A DNA stretch of 61,723 nucleotides, from NCBI GenBank assembly GCA_001873285.1, contig MNYV01000076.1, positions 1 through 61,723 on the forward strand, written 5' to 3'. Positions 28,862-37,939 of this stretch are shown here, one piece after another (the stretch's first letter is position 1; every line of letters starts with the position of its first letter). The notes beneath the pieces were generated by a model, which was not told where the DNA came from, did not search any database, and worked only from the letters and a program-made list of their open reading frames with translations. This stretch comes from Nitrospirae bacterium CG2_30_53_67. GTDB taxonomy: Bacteria > CG2-30-53-67. A program made the translations under genes and the position numbers.

Positions 28862-30067
28862 TCAGGGTTTCTCTTGAAGAAAATCCCTGCATAAACGATT
28901 GAGGATTTTTCGAGCTATTTCGCTTTTCGGCAGGATATCGGTTTCTTCCACATGCCCTTTGCGGTCCAGGATGATCACCCGGTTCTGGTCGGAACCGAAT
29001 CCGGTCCCATGGCCGCTGATATCATTGGCCACGAGCAGGTCAACCCCTTTCTCGTTCATCTTCCTTAGAGCCTCATCCATAGGATGACCGGTCTCTGCGG
29101 CAAAACCGACCAGGATCTGCCTGGTTCGCTGTTTTGAAAGCTCCTTGATAATATCCGGATTGGGCGCCAGCGCCAGGTTGAACGGCTCGGTCCCTCTCTT
29201 GATCTTTTCAGGATGGACGGATGCAGTCCTGAAATCTCCAACCGCTGCGGCCATCATCAAGATATCCGTATCCTGGAAATATCCCATAACCTGCTCCCGC
29301 ATCTCCAGGGCCGTCTGAACCTGGACATAGTTCACCCCGGCAGGAGGGACAAGCATGGTCGGCCCGCTGACCAGTGTGACGGAAGCTCCCATGCGCCTGG
29401 CTTCCCGGGCAAGCGCATATCCCATCTTCCCCGATGAACGATTGCTGATGTAACGGACCGGATCGATCGGTTCTACGGTCGGACCTGCGGTAATCAGAAC
29501 TTTTTTCCCTAAAAGAGGACCGGAGGAGACCAGAATCGTTTTAACCGTCCGGATGATCTCCTCTACCTCGGCCATTCTGCCGATCCCTTCTTCTCCGCAA
29601 GCCAGTTCCCCGACTCCCGGCTCCAGGATATGCGTGCCATACCCACGAAGAATCTCCATGTTCCTGACCACGGACGGGTTTTTGTACATTCTAACGTTCA
29701 TAGCCGGAACGATCAGGATAGGGGCGTCCACGGCAAGAACCATGGTGGAGAGGAGATCATCAGCGATCCCACCGGCCATCTTTCCGATAAAATCGGCCGT
29801 GGCCGGTGCGATCAGCATCATCTGGATATCTGAAGCCAACTCGATGTGGGATAGGGGAGACCCTTCTCCGGTTTTGTACATCTCCGTCAATACAGGAGCC
29901 CCGGTAAGGGTTTGGAGGGTGAGAGGCGCAACAAAATGAGCGGCGTTTCGGGTCATGACCACCCGAACACTCATCCCCTGCTTGATCAGCCCCCGGACGA
30001 GGTACGGGGTCTTGTACGCTGCAATCCCTCCGGTGATCCCTACCAATATTCGCATGCCGCTCAACAT
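28862..30067 (-). CDS. coaBC: Bifunctional phosphopantothenoylcysteine decarboxylase / phosphopantothenate-cysteine ligase
   Basis: MLSGMRILVGITGGIAAYK..PAMN..ITAGPT.EPIDPVRYISNRSSGKMG. Start placed at ATG 30067 (GAGGAG RBS); the track extension to 30169 reads into a repeat element. Confidence 0.9.
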   Translation of the reverse strand: MLSGMRILVGITGGIAAYKTPYLVRGLIKQGMSVRVVMTRNAAHFVAPLTLQTLTGAPVLTEMYKTGEGSPLSHIELASDIQMMLIAPATADFIGKMAGGIADDLLSTMVLAVDAPILIVPAMNVRMYKNPSVVRNMEILRGYGTHILEPGVGELACGEEGIGRMAEVEEIIRTVKTILVSSGPLLGKKVLITAGPTVEPIDPVRYISNRSSGKMGYALAREARRMGASVTLVSGPTMLVPPAGVNYVQVQTALEMREQVMGYFQDTDILMMAAAVGDFRTASVHPEKIKRGTEPFNLALAPNPDIIKELSKQRTRQILVGFAAETGHPMDEALRKMNEKGVDLLVANDISGHGTGFGSDQNRVIILDRKGHVEETDILPKSEIARKILNRLCRDFLQEKP

Positions 30068-30088
30068 CGGTTGAGACTCCTCATGAAT

Positions 30089-30258
30089 CTTAGCGGCCCT
30101 ATTCGTAAATACGGCGGCATTCGAGTGCCGTAGGGCGGGCTCATCGGCGTTCCGCTCCTTGCGGCGCACCAGAGGGGTACGCCTCAGTCGCGCGCGGGGA
30201 TGCGCCCGCCCTACGACCCTCTCGGTACGTTACCCTATTTACGAACAGGACCACTTAG
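30089..30258. mobile_element. MITE-like palindromic element, family A, copy 1
   Basis: 170 bp, collinear with 32820-32990 and 61470-61640. Ends are CTTAGCGGCCCTATTCGTAAATA ... TATTTACGAACAGGACCACTTAG (inverted). The whole element is an imperfect palindrome. Confidence 0.8.
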
Positions 30259-30578
30259 TCCGGTTCTTTTGAGGTCTTGGCCCGGGCGGTTTCTTTTTCC
30301 TTTTCCTGTATCACCTTCACCTCGGCTTCCTCTTTTTCCCTTATCCGTTTCTCCAGGTCATCCCGGATTTTCGCGGTCTCTTCCGGACCGTAGTAGGAAA
30401 CCTTGCCCGCTTTGATCTCTTCCAAAGCGATGCTGATGGGTTTTTTATAAGATGTCTCAATCAGAGGTTTTGCCCCCCGGATCAGCATCTTGGCCCTTTG
30501 TGCCGCAACCTGAGCCAGCCGGAATCTGCTGGTCTCGATCTTCTTCTCCAGAATCTCCAAAGGAGACAAAATTGCCAT
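30255..30578 (-). CDS. rpoZ: DNA-directed RNA polymerase omega subunit
   Basis: MAILSPLEILEKKIETSRFRLAQVAAQRAKMLIRGAKP. ATG at 30578 is preceded by AAGGAGGAGG. The stop codon TAA (30255-30257) lies inside the terminal CTTAG of repeat A copy 1. Confidence 0.9.
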   Translation of the reverse strand: MAILSPLEILEKKIETSRFRLAQVAAQRAKMLIRGAKPLIETSYKKPISIALEEIKAGKVSYYGPEETAKIRDDLEKRIREKEEAEVKVIQEKEKETARAKTSKEPD

Positions 30579-30623
30579 GCTTCCCTCCTCCTTGAAAAAA
30601 GTCCGCACTTCATCTATCCGGCC

Positions 30624-31241
30624 TTAGCCTCCTAAAAATTCCTTTTTGATCCAATGACGATCGACTCGATTCACAGAACGGCGTGAGGCCGTCAGGATGG
30701 CCCCGAGATCTTCAAGGGTCCGGTCGAAATCATCGTTGACCAGCAGATAGTCATATTTCTCGAACTGAGCGATTTCCTCCCGCGCCTTTTCCAGCCGTTT
30801 CTGAATCTCTTCCTCCGGATCGGAACGCCTGTTCCTAAGCCTTGCTTCGAGCTCGGAAAACGTGGGGGTGACCACAAACACAAAGACGGCATTGAGTTCC
30901 TTCAGGGACATCAATTTCCGCGCACCCTGCGCATCAATATCGAGAATGGCATCCGAGCCTTGTTGATGAATTTCGTCAAGCATGCTTTTGGACGTGCCGT
31001 ACAGATGCCCATGGACGCGTGCCCACTCGATGAACTCCCCTTCACGCTTCATGCCTTCGAAGGTCTCTTCATCCACAAAGAAATAGTCACGGCCATGGAT
31101 CTCTCCAGCCCGCGGGGGACGGGTTGTGTAGGAAACCGAATGCATAAGACGCGGGAACTTTTTAACCGCAGCCTGACAAAGGGAGGTCTTTCCAGCTCCG
31201 GAAGGCGCGGAAAGAACCAGCAAGATCCCCTTCCAGTTCAC
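30624..31241 (-). CDS. gmk: Guanylate kinase
   Basis: LSAPSGAGKTSL..YTTRPPRAGEIHGRDYFFV. GTG start with an AAGGAG RBS. Confidence 0.95.
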   Translation of the reverse strand: MNWKGILLVLSAPSGAGKTSLCQAAVKKFPRLMHSVSYTTRPPRAGEIHGRDYFFVDEETFEGMKREGEFIEWARVHGHLYGTSKSMLDEIHQQGSDAILDIDAQGARKLMSLKELNAVFVFVVTPTFSELEARLRNRRSDPEEEIQKRLEKAREEIAQFEKYDYLLVNDDFDRTLEDLGAILTASRRSVNRVDRHWIKKEFLGG

Positions 31242-31369
31242 TCACATCTCCTTTTACCATCTCTGTTCGTGAAGACGATCCTGATTGAATGCCAAAGCAT
31301 AAGAAGTATGAAGAGAGGCGAAGACTGCGATCCATTCGCACGCCCGGCATGGGGGCGTTCTGAACGGCT

Positions 31370-31651
31370 TTATTCTCCGCCTTTATCGACTTCAAACATC
31401 TCTTTTTCAGCCTTGGTGAAAAACCTCTGGCTGATGGTTTCAGCCTGGACGGCGGAAAGGATGACATGGTCACTATCCGTAACCAAGATGGCTCGGGTTC
31501 TCCGCCCCTGCGTGGCATCGATCAGTTTTCCTGATCCTTTCGCAACCTCTTTGAGCCTCTTCATAGGAGCAGAACTCGGGGTCACCACAGCGACAATCCG
31601 GTCTGCAACAACCACGTTACCATAACCGATGTTGATGAGATCTTTTGCCAT
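31370..31651 (-). CDS. remA: DUF370 / RemA-family protein
   Basis: [58 protein letters not shown] is the canonical RemA pattern, in the usual position next to gmk. Confidence 0.85.
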   Translation of the reverse strand: MAKDLINIGYGNVVVADRIVAVVTPSSAPMKRLKEVAKGSGKLIDATQGRRTRAILVTDSDHVILSAVQAETISQRFFTKAEKEMFEVDKGGE

Positions 31652-31785
31652 AGGCGCATCTCCCTCTTTAGTTACGATCCGATATAGCCGGCTGTTTATT
31701 TATACCTTCCAGGCCGCCATTGCAAAACCTGGGTTATCATAAACAAAAAAAATCAATGTTGCAAGTTTATTCTACTTTTATTCCA

Positions 31786-32655
31786 TTATTCCACATTTTG
31801 AATCTGTTCGCGTATTTGCTCCAATTCGCATTTGCATTCCACCACCCACTGACTCATCATAAGATCATTTCCTTTGGAACCGATGGTATTGACCTCCCGG
31901 TTCATTTCCTGCAGAAGAAATTCCAGCCGCCTTCCATGGGGCCCATCTCCATCCATGGCCGCATGAAACTGCTGGATGTGGCTCATCAGCCGGGTCAACT
32001 CCTCTTCGATATCGCTTCGATCCGCGAAGACCAGGACCTCCTGCAACAAACGCCCCTGGTCTATCGTGTCCTCAGGAAGGAACTCGTTCAGCCGTTTTAA
32101 AAGCCTCTCCCTGTACATCTCCACAACCTGAGGAGAGCGCTCCATAAACTTCCGGCACGTCCCCCCGATCACCCGCAGGGATTCTTTGATCCCCTCGGTG
32201 AGGTTCCCCCCTTCAAGAAGACGCATCCGATCCAGAGAGTCAAGCGCCGCGTCCAAGGATGGATGGACCGCCTCCCAGATTCCTTCGATATCCTGACTTT
32301 CCTCTTGAGACCTGAAGATCTCCCGGAATGCCGCAAGGTCCTTCAAGTCCGGATCCTGCCGTAACCCGTACCGATCCTTAAGACGATTGAGAAGCTGATA
32401 GACCTGATCCGACAGGGCTTCATCCAAAGAGAAAGTGAATGCCTCGCTCTTGCGGGGGTTTTCCGGGCTGCAACTGAGATCCAGCCGGCCTCGTTTAATT
32501 CTTTTTTTTATCTCTTCCCTGAATCGGCTCTCTAAGGATGCGAGATTTCGAGGTATTCTAAAAGAAACCTCTCCAAAACGGTGATTAACCGAGCGTAACT
32601 CAGTCACCCAGCCTTCAGACTCCCCCCTGCCGAACCCGGTCATGCTTTTAATCAT
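31786..32655 (-). CDS. yicC: YicC-family stress-induced protein (endoribonuclease)
   Basis: MIKSMTGFGRGE..ELRSVNHRF.. with a C-terminal EFLLQEMNREVNTIGSK..KCELEQIREQIQNVE. Confidence 0.9.
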   Translation of the reverse strand: MIKSMTGFGRGESEGWVTELRSVNHRFGEVSFRIPRNLASLESRFREEIKKRIKRGRLDLSCSPENPRKSEAFTFSLDEALSDQVYQLLNRLKDRYGLRQDPDLKDLAAFREIFRSQEESQDIEGIWEAVHPSLDAALDSLDRMRLLEGGNLTEGIKESLRVIGGTCRKFMERSPQVVEMYRERLLKRLNEFLPEDTIDQGRLLQEVLVFADRSDIEEELTRLMSHIQQFHAAMDGDGPHGRRLEFLLQEMNREVNTIGSKGNDLMMSQWVVECKCELEQIREQIQNVE

Positions 32656-32819
32656 CCGTTAACCTTTTCCCTTTGAATTTTTTGATTATAGACAGCATAG
32701 TGAAATTTGTCAAATTATATTTTGTTTTTTCAATAAAAACCCGCTTTTAATATGGATTTTATCCATTTCATCCCCAATGAAGGTCCTTCAATAGATTGGA
32801 TCAGGACTCCCCTGCCGGA

Positions 32820-32990
32820 CTTAGTGGTCCTATTCGTAAATACGGTCGCATTCGAGTGCCGTAGGGCGGCCTCATCTGCGTTCCGCTCCTTGCGGCGTAC
32901 CACAGTGGGTACACCTCAGTCGCGCGCGGAGATGAGACCGCCCTACGACCCTCTCGGTACGTTACCATATTTACGAACAGGACCACTTAG
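32820..32990. mobile_element. MITE-like palindromic element, family A, copy 2
   Basis: 171 bp with near-perfect 22-bp terminal inverted repeats CTTAGTGGTCCTATTCGTAAATA / TATTTACGAACAGGACCACTTAG. The internal arms GTAGGGCGGCCTCATC / GATGAGACCGCCCTAC also pair. Lies between divergent yicC and the MFS gene. Confidence 0.85.
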
Positions 32991-33038
32991 GAGATTAATG
33001 TCTTTAAAGAGGATCGGCATCTGTGATATATTTTTTTT

Positions 33039-34343
33039 ATGAATTCCATGGAACAATTCCAGCATTCCGTCAACCGCCACCACCGGTGGAACCTATCCAT
33101 CGGCTGGCTGGACGGCATCTTCTTCGCCCTGGGCGGGAGCATGATCTCCCATATCACCGTGCTCCCCGTCTTTTTGAGGATGTTCACGGAGAGCAAACTG
33201 ACCATCTCCGTGGTGCACTCGCTGACCATGATCGGCATCTTTGTCCCCCAGATTTTCTCCGCTCATTACATCGAATCCATGCCCATGAAGAAAGGGATGG
33301 TGATCCTTCTGGGGGGCATCATGCGCCTCCCCTGGCTGATCCTCGCCCTGATTCTTCCGATGATCGTGCAGCTTCCGTCCCCTTATCCTCTGGTCATCTT
33401 TTTTTCCCTATACCTGATATTCACCACAGGATGGGGGCTGATCATCCCCCCTTGGCTGGACATGATGGGAAGGATCATTCTTCCCAATAAACGCGGGATC
33501 TTCCTTGGAATCCGTTTCACCCTGGGGAGGGTCTTGTCTATTCCAGGCGCCATCCTCACCTTCTTTATCATTAAGGGATTCCCATTCCCATACAACTTCG
33601 CCCTCTGTTTCGCAACGGCCTTTATCATTCTGAATCTCTCCCTGTTTTTCTTTTCCCTGACACGAGAGATCCCCTACCCGGTCGTCAAGAAGAAGATCGC
33701 ATTGTTCCCTTTTCTGAAGTCTCTGCCAGGCATCCTGCGGAGAGACACCAACTTCCTCTATTACAACATATCCTACACCTTGATCGCTTTTACGAATCTC
33801 TCCCTCTCGCTTTATTCAGTTTATGCCGTTGAACATTTTCATCTTCCCAGCAGCTATGCCGGCATTTTCACGGCACTGTTCTTGGGATCACAAGCACTGA
33901 CCGGACTGCTCTGGGGCGCCATCGGCGACCGATACGGGCACAAACTCAGCATGGTCATATCAGCACTAATGAGCATCCTGGCCGCCCTCACGGCCCTGAC
34001 CGCCCGCTCCCAAACCCTTTTTTATGCCGTCTTCCTCTTCGCCGGCGGCTATATCAGCGCCACCCTCATCTCCAACATGAACATCGTCCTGGAGTTCTGC
34101 CCCCCCGAAGAAAGGCCCCTTTATATCGGACTTTCCAACAGCTTTGCCGCTCCGGTCTTCGCGCTCTCCCCGATCATCGGGGGGATGATCGTGGATCACT
34201 TTTCCTATCAGACGGTCTTCATGGCCGCCGCATTGCTCACCGGGATCGGCCTCCTCGTTCTTGTTTTTCTGGTCAGGGATCCCCGTTTTTCGGCGCCCCA
34301 AGGGCCGGAGGGAGCGAACTCGTTCAGCGCACAAAAGCAATAA
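33039..34343 (+). CDS. MFS-family transporter
   Basis: 434 aa with about 12 hydrophobic segments and a typical MFS loop (GRIILPNKRGIFLG; GAIGDRYGHK). Confidence 0.8.
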   Translation: MNSMEQFQHSVNRHHRWNLSIGWLDGIFFALGGSMISHITVLPVFLRMFTESKLTISVVHSLTMIGIFVPQIFSAHYIESMPMKKGMVILLGGIMRLPWLILALILPMIVQLPSPYPLVIFFSLYLIFTTGWGLIIPPWLDMMGRIILPNKRGIFLGIRFTLGRVLSIPGAILTFFIIKGFPFPYNFALCFATAFIILNLSLFFFSLTREIPYPVVKKKIALFPFLKSLPGILRRDTNFLYYNISYTLIAFTNLSLSLYSVYAVEHFHLPSSYAGIFTALFLGSQALTGLLWGAIGDRYGHKLSMVISALMSILAALTALTARSQTLFYAVFLFAGGYISATLISNMNIVLEFCPPEERPLYIGLSNSFAAPVFALSPIIGGMIVDHFSYQTVFMAAALLTGIGLLVLVFLVRDPRFSAPQGPEGANSFSAQKQ

Positions 34344-34361
34344 CTTCAAGGAAAGGATCTG

Positions 34362-34439
34362 GACCTTCTGACATGCATCATCACGGCTGCCGACAGCTAT
34401 GATGCCATGACCTCCGTAAGGATTTACAGGCAAGGTCTT
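34362..34439 (+). pseudogene. Relic of an HD-GYP domain C-terminus
   Basis: Plus-frame translation DLLTCIITAADSYDAMTSVRIYRQGL matches the end of HD-GYP domains (compare DTFDAMTSDRPY in the 17138 gene). No start codon and no upstream domain; it begins right after the MFS stop. Confidence 0.45.
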
Positions 34440-35706
34440 ATTCGATCCGGGTACGCTCCTGGTAATCGTCAATCAGCTTCCCGAGTCTGATCGTCTCGCT
34501 GTAAATGATGCGCAGAAATTCATCCCGGGTCGACTCGGATTCATCCTTATACTTCATGAGCAGTTCGGCATAGGAACGGATGGAGGTGAGAGGCGTTCTG
34601 AGATTGTGGGCTGCCCTGTTCAGGTCATCCGCCTTCTTCTTGTTCAGATCAACCAAGCGCCGGTTGGCTTGATCGAGTTCCTGGGTTCTCTCCTTGACTC
34701 TCTCCTCAAGCGACTGATTGAAGCTGTTCAATTCCTGGTTTCTCATCTCCAGCGCCCGGTAGGCGTTTTCGAGTTCCAGGAGTTTGTACTCGAGTTTGCT
34801 GACCAGCCTCTCGTTGTATTCCCGGTAATATTTGACTTCATCACCCAGGAGGGCATCATGATCGACGCCAGGCATCTCCCCTCCGCGCTCTTTTCTCTCC
34901 CTGAACACTTCCTTGATGATCTCCAGGAGACGTTTTGCGGGGATGGGACGGATGATATACCGTTCTGCTCCCAGATCCAGTCCGAACCGGATATCTTTGT
35001 TGTCCGCGTAGGTGGAGGTATAAAAGACAAAGGGAATATTCATCAGGGCGCCTGAAGTCTTGACCATGCGGCAGAATTGATAGCCGTCCATGCCCGGCAT
35101 GAGAATGTCGGAAAGGATGATATCCACTGGATTGTCGGTTTCGAGAATCGTCATGGCATCTTTCCCGTCCACGGCCATCATCACATTCATGCCGGCGTGG
35201 GTCAGAACCTTGGCGCCCAGCCGGAGGTGCATGGGGTTGTCATCCACCAGCAGGACCTTCCTGCCTGCAAGCTCTTCATCCTTCATCAGAGTTTGATCTT
35301 CGTCGTAAGAAGTAAAACTGATTTCAGGATTGAGTATTCGTTCCACCTCCTCGATCAGCATGAGCCGTTGTATCGGTTTGGATAGGTATCCATGATATCC
35401 GGATTTGATAATCCGTTCCCTGTCTCTCTCCATCCCGCTTGCCGTTATCGCTATGGCAGGGACTTCGGTGAGTTCCGGAACCTCGTGGATCCGGTTCAAG
35501 GCATCGAAGCCGTCCATAACCGGCATGAGAAGATCCATGAGGATCAAGTCAGGCCTTTCAGAGGATGCCTTTTGAACGGCTTCCAATCCGTTTACCGCCT
35601 CGCTGACCACAAACCCCTCGGACTCCAGGATCTTCCGCACAAGGATCCTGCTCTTTTCGTCGTCATCCGCATAGAGGATCTTGTTCCGGACATTTCCCTG
35701 TTCCAA
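34438..35706 (-). CDS. Double-receiver protein with coiled coil and HisKA (DHp) domain but no ATPase domain
   Basis: REC1 (ILYADDDE..DLILMDLLMP), REC2 (VLLVDDNP..DIILSDILMPG), a coiled coil, and an H-box AAHNLRTPLTSIRSYAELL. The ORF stops at ..RLGKLIDDYQERTRIE, where the HATPase_c domain would normally begin. Confidence 0.75.
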   Translation of the reverse strand: MEQGNVRNKILYADDDEKSRILVRKILESEGFVVSEAVNGLEAVQKASSERPDLILMDLLMPVMDGFDALNRIHEVPELTEVPAIAITASGMERDRERIIKSGYHGYLSKPIQRLMLIEEVERILNPEISFTSYDEDQTLMKDEELAGRKVLLVDDNPMHLRLGAKVLTHAGMNVMMAVDGKDAMTILETDNPVDIILSDILMPGMDGYQFCRMVKTSGALMNIPFVFYTSTYADNKDIRFGLDLGAERYIIRPIPAKRLLEIIKEVFRERKERGGEMPGVDHDALLGDEVKYYREYNERLVSKLEYKLLELENAYRALEMRNQELNSFNQSLEERVKERTQELDQANRRLVDLNKKKADDLNRAAHNLRTPLTSIRSYAELLMKYKDESESTRDEFLRIIYSETIRLGKLIDDYQERTRIE

Positions 35707-35717
35707 TATCTCCGCTC

Positions 35718-36104
35718 CTATTCAGAAGACTCGACAAAGGCATCCCGGATCAGCTCTATTTCCCGGGTGCGGCCGGCGGCCCCGATCAGAACCGCCACCA
35801 CATCAAAACGGCAGGTCATCCCCTGATCACCCCGGTCATTGAGAAAGGCATGAGCCATTCTGATCAGACGATGCTGCTTGCGCCGGTCCACGGCTTCCTG
35901 AGGAAGCCCGTAACCGTCGTTCGACCGGGTCTTGACCTCGATGAAGACCAGCGTATTCTCTTCTCTGGCGATAATATCGATCTCCCCTAAGGGGGTCCGG
36001 TAATTCGTAGTGAGAATCACATAGCCGTGTTTGCGAAGGTATCGTATCGCTTTTCTTTCACCGATTTTGCCGAGGATCAGATTGTGCATAGGAATTTTCA
36101 TCAT
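35718..36104 (-). CDS. yraN: YraN-family (UPF0102) endonuclease-like protein
   Basis: GERKAIRYLRKHGYVILTTNYRTPLGEIDIIARE..LVFIEVKTRS. Confidence 0.85.
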   Translation of the reverse strand: MMKIPMHNLILGKIGERKAIRYLRKHGYVILTTNYRTPLGEIDIIAREENTLVFIEVKTRSNDGYGLPQEAVDRRKQHRLIRMAHAFLNDRGDQGMTCRFDVVAVLIGAAGRTREIELIRDAFVESSE

Positions 36105-36769
36105 CTTCTAAAATCCGCGCAATACTCTCTGACCCTCCGGAACGTCTTCCTGTGGATCGGACTCGGACCGAATATCCGAATCTTCATGAGGTGCTCGGGA
36201 GTTCCGTATCCCTTGTGCCTCCTGAAATTGTATACCGGATAAGTCTCGTGATATTCATCCATGATCCGGTCGCGTGTGACCTTGGCGATCACTGAAGCAG
36301 CAGAAATGGATTGGGATCTTACGTCTCCTTTAACAATCCCGAGTTGAGGAATCGTGGATCTGATCTTAACCGCGTCAATCAGGAGGTAATCGGGTCCGGG
36401 GTTGAGATGAAAAACGGCGTCTTCCATGGCTCTTCGCGTGGCCTCCAGGATGTTGATGCGGTCAATGACGGTGGAATCAGAGATGCCTACGGCCAGACAA
36501 ACCGCTTGTCTTTGGATTTCTTTGAAAAGAACTTCGCGTTCGGAAGGGGTTAATTGTTTGGAGTCGGTAAGATTCCGGATCCGGCATCCCTCGGGCAGCA
36601 CCACAGCAGCGGCCACCACGGGCCCGGCCAGGGGGCCCCGGCCCGCTTCATCAATCCCGGCTACCAGACGGTATCCGGATCGGCGGGCCTCATTCTCGAA
36701 AAACAGGACGTCGGCTTCATGCTCCCGGATGAAGAGTCCGCCCCTGCCGGCAATCGGTTTCCCTTGCAT
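36101..36769 (-). CDS. rnhB: Ribonuclease HII
   Basis: VAGIDEAGRGPLAGPVVAAAV..DSKQL..DSTVID..IAKVTRD. Confidence 0.95.
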   Translation of the reverse strand: MQGKPIAGRGGLFIREHEADVLFFENEARRSGYRLVAGIDEAGRGPLAGPVVAAAVVLPEGCRIRNLTDSKQLTPSEREVLFKEIQRQAVCLAVGISDSTVIDRINILEATRRAMEDAVFHLNPGPDYLLIDAVKIRSTIPQLGIVKGDVRSQSISAASVIAKVTRDRIMDEYHETYPVYNFRRHKGYGTPEHLMKIRIFGPSPIHRKTFRRVREYCADFRR

Positions 36770-36902
36770 GAGATGCCGTCTCCTTGGGTTGAAGCTCCCT
36801 GCAACAAGGCGCAGGAAATCTTTCAGATCTCAGGATCACACAGCATGAAAACGGGATCGCAAGGCCGGACCTCTATCTGGAAAAAACAAGGGAAGGCATG
36901 CC

Positions 36903-37289
36903 TCACTCTGAGGATTTCTCTTTGGGTTTTCCCTTTTCCTGTTTTTCCCTGGAGATTTCATGAAGCCTGGCAGCCTTGCCGGAAAGATCCCGGAGATAAT
37001 GGAGTTTCGCCCTTCTCACTTTTCCCCTCTGCACCATCTCGATCCGATCAATGATGGGAGAATTGAGGGGGAAGACCCTCTCCACCCCGACCCCGTTGGA
37101 AATTTTCCGCACGGTCATGCACCTTCGTGCGCGGTTTCCTTTGAGCCCGACAACAACCCCTTCGAAGACCTGGATCCTTTCCTTTTTCCCTTCAATCACA
37201 CGGACGTGTACCCTGACCGTGCTTCCTGGTTGAATGACAGGGAGATCCTCCTTCACGTCCCGTTTTTCCAGCATTTCCAAGATATTCAC
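36903..37289 (-). CDS. rplS: 50S ribosomal protein L19
   Basis: PVIQPGSTVRVHVRVIEGKKERIQVFEGVVVGLKG..RKISNGVGVERVFPLNSP. Confidence 0.95.
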   Translation of the reverse strand: MNILEMLEKRDVKEDLPVIQPGSTVRVHVRVIEGKKERIQVFEGVVVGLKGNRARRCMTVRKISNGVGVERVFPLNSPIIDRIEMVQRGKVRRAKLHYLRDLSGKAARLHEISREKQEKGKPKEKSSE

Positions 37290-37900
37290 TCTAAGCTCTC
37301 CTTTTCAAACGTGTTCTTTCCTGTGCTTTTTATGGGATCTGACCGATCCCCGGCCAACCGATCGATCACGATGGAGACCGCGCTCCTCACTGAAAGATGG
37401 TTATACCCGTTTTGACCTCGAATAGGCTCCAAAACCTCATCCGCCTCGTCCAGGATATCATCCGTCAGCCCCCAGCCTGTGCCGAAGAGAAGCAGATAGG
37501 GCTCTTCTCCATCACGGATCTTGGTCCTGAGATCCGCAAACCCGATCGTCGGCTGAAAACGTCCGGCAGCCGTGATCACCACTCTCGGTGATCTTCCGCC
37601 GTTTTCTTCGCGCACCCGGTCAACCGCCTCCTTTAGGGTCCCGCAAAGCGCCATCAGACCGAAGGCCTCTTTGCGTGTGGCATTGTAGCCTGCGCCGAAA
37701 CCCTCCTTCCAATGATGAACGATTCTCCGAACCAACGCCGCCTGGGAAGGGACCGGCTGGACCACAAAGAACCGGCTGACATGATAGGTCCTCGCCACCC
37801 TGGCGATATCATGCAGGTCAAGATTGGTGATGCAGGTCGTCACCACGTGACCTTGTTTATCATAAACCGGATAATGGAGCAGCGCAATATATAAGTTCAT
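37286..37900 (-). CDS. Predicted SPOUT-type SAM-dependent RNA methyltransferase (Methyltrn_RNA_4-like)
   Basis: IALLHYPVYDKQGHVVTTCITNLDLHDIARVARTYHV.. and the conserved position between trmD and rplS. Family assignment is from memory of the pattern. Confidence 0.6.
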   Translation of the reverse strand: MNLYIALLHYPVYDKQGHVVTTCITNLDLHDIARVARTYHVSRFFVVQPVPSQAALVRRIVHHWKEGFGAGYNATRKEAFGLMALCGTLKEAVDRVREENGGRSPRVVITAAGRFQPTIGFADLRTKIRDGEEPYLLLFGTGWGLTDDILDEADEVLEPIRGQNGYNHLSVRSAVSIVIDRLAGDRSDPIKSTGKNTFEKESLE

Positions 37901-37939
37901 GGCCGGAATCTTCCACCCACTGCCCGCTTCTTTATGTCC

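Noticed and set aside
30089-30258. Family A element as a retron msr/msd, an IS200/605 omega-RNA or another structured ncRNA gene.
   Set aside because: There is no reverse transcriptase, TnpB or IscB nearby. There are three dispersed copies. Most differences between copies break rather than preserve pairing in the terminal arms, which fits DNA-level inverted repeats of a non-autonomous transposon better than a selected RNA fold.
32801-32986. Repeated small ORFs (61 aa at 32801..32986, 83 aa at 61385..61636, 71 aa at 30200..30415) sharing peptides such as RPPYDPLGTLPYLRTGPL and MVLFVNMVTYREGRRAVSS.
   Set aside because: They lie entirely inside the family A palindromic repeat and occur on both strands because the element is a palindrome. 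They have no RBS. Their similarity is explained by DNA repetition, not by a protein family.
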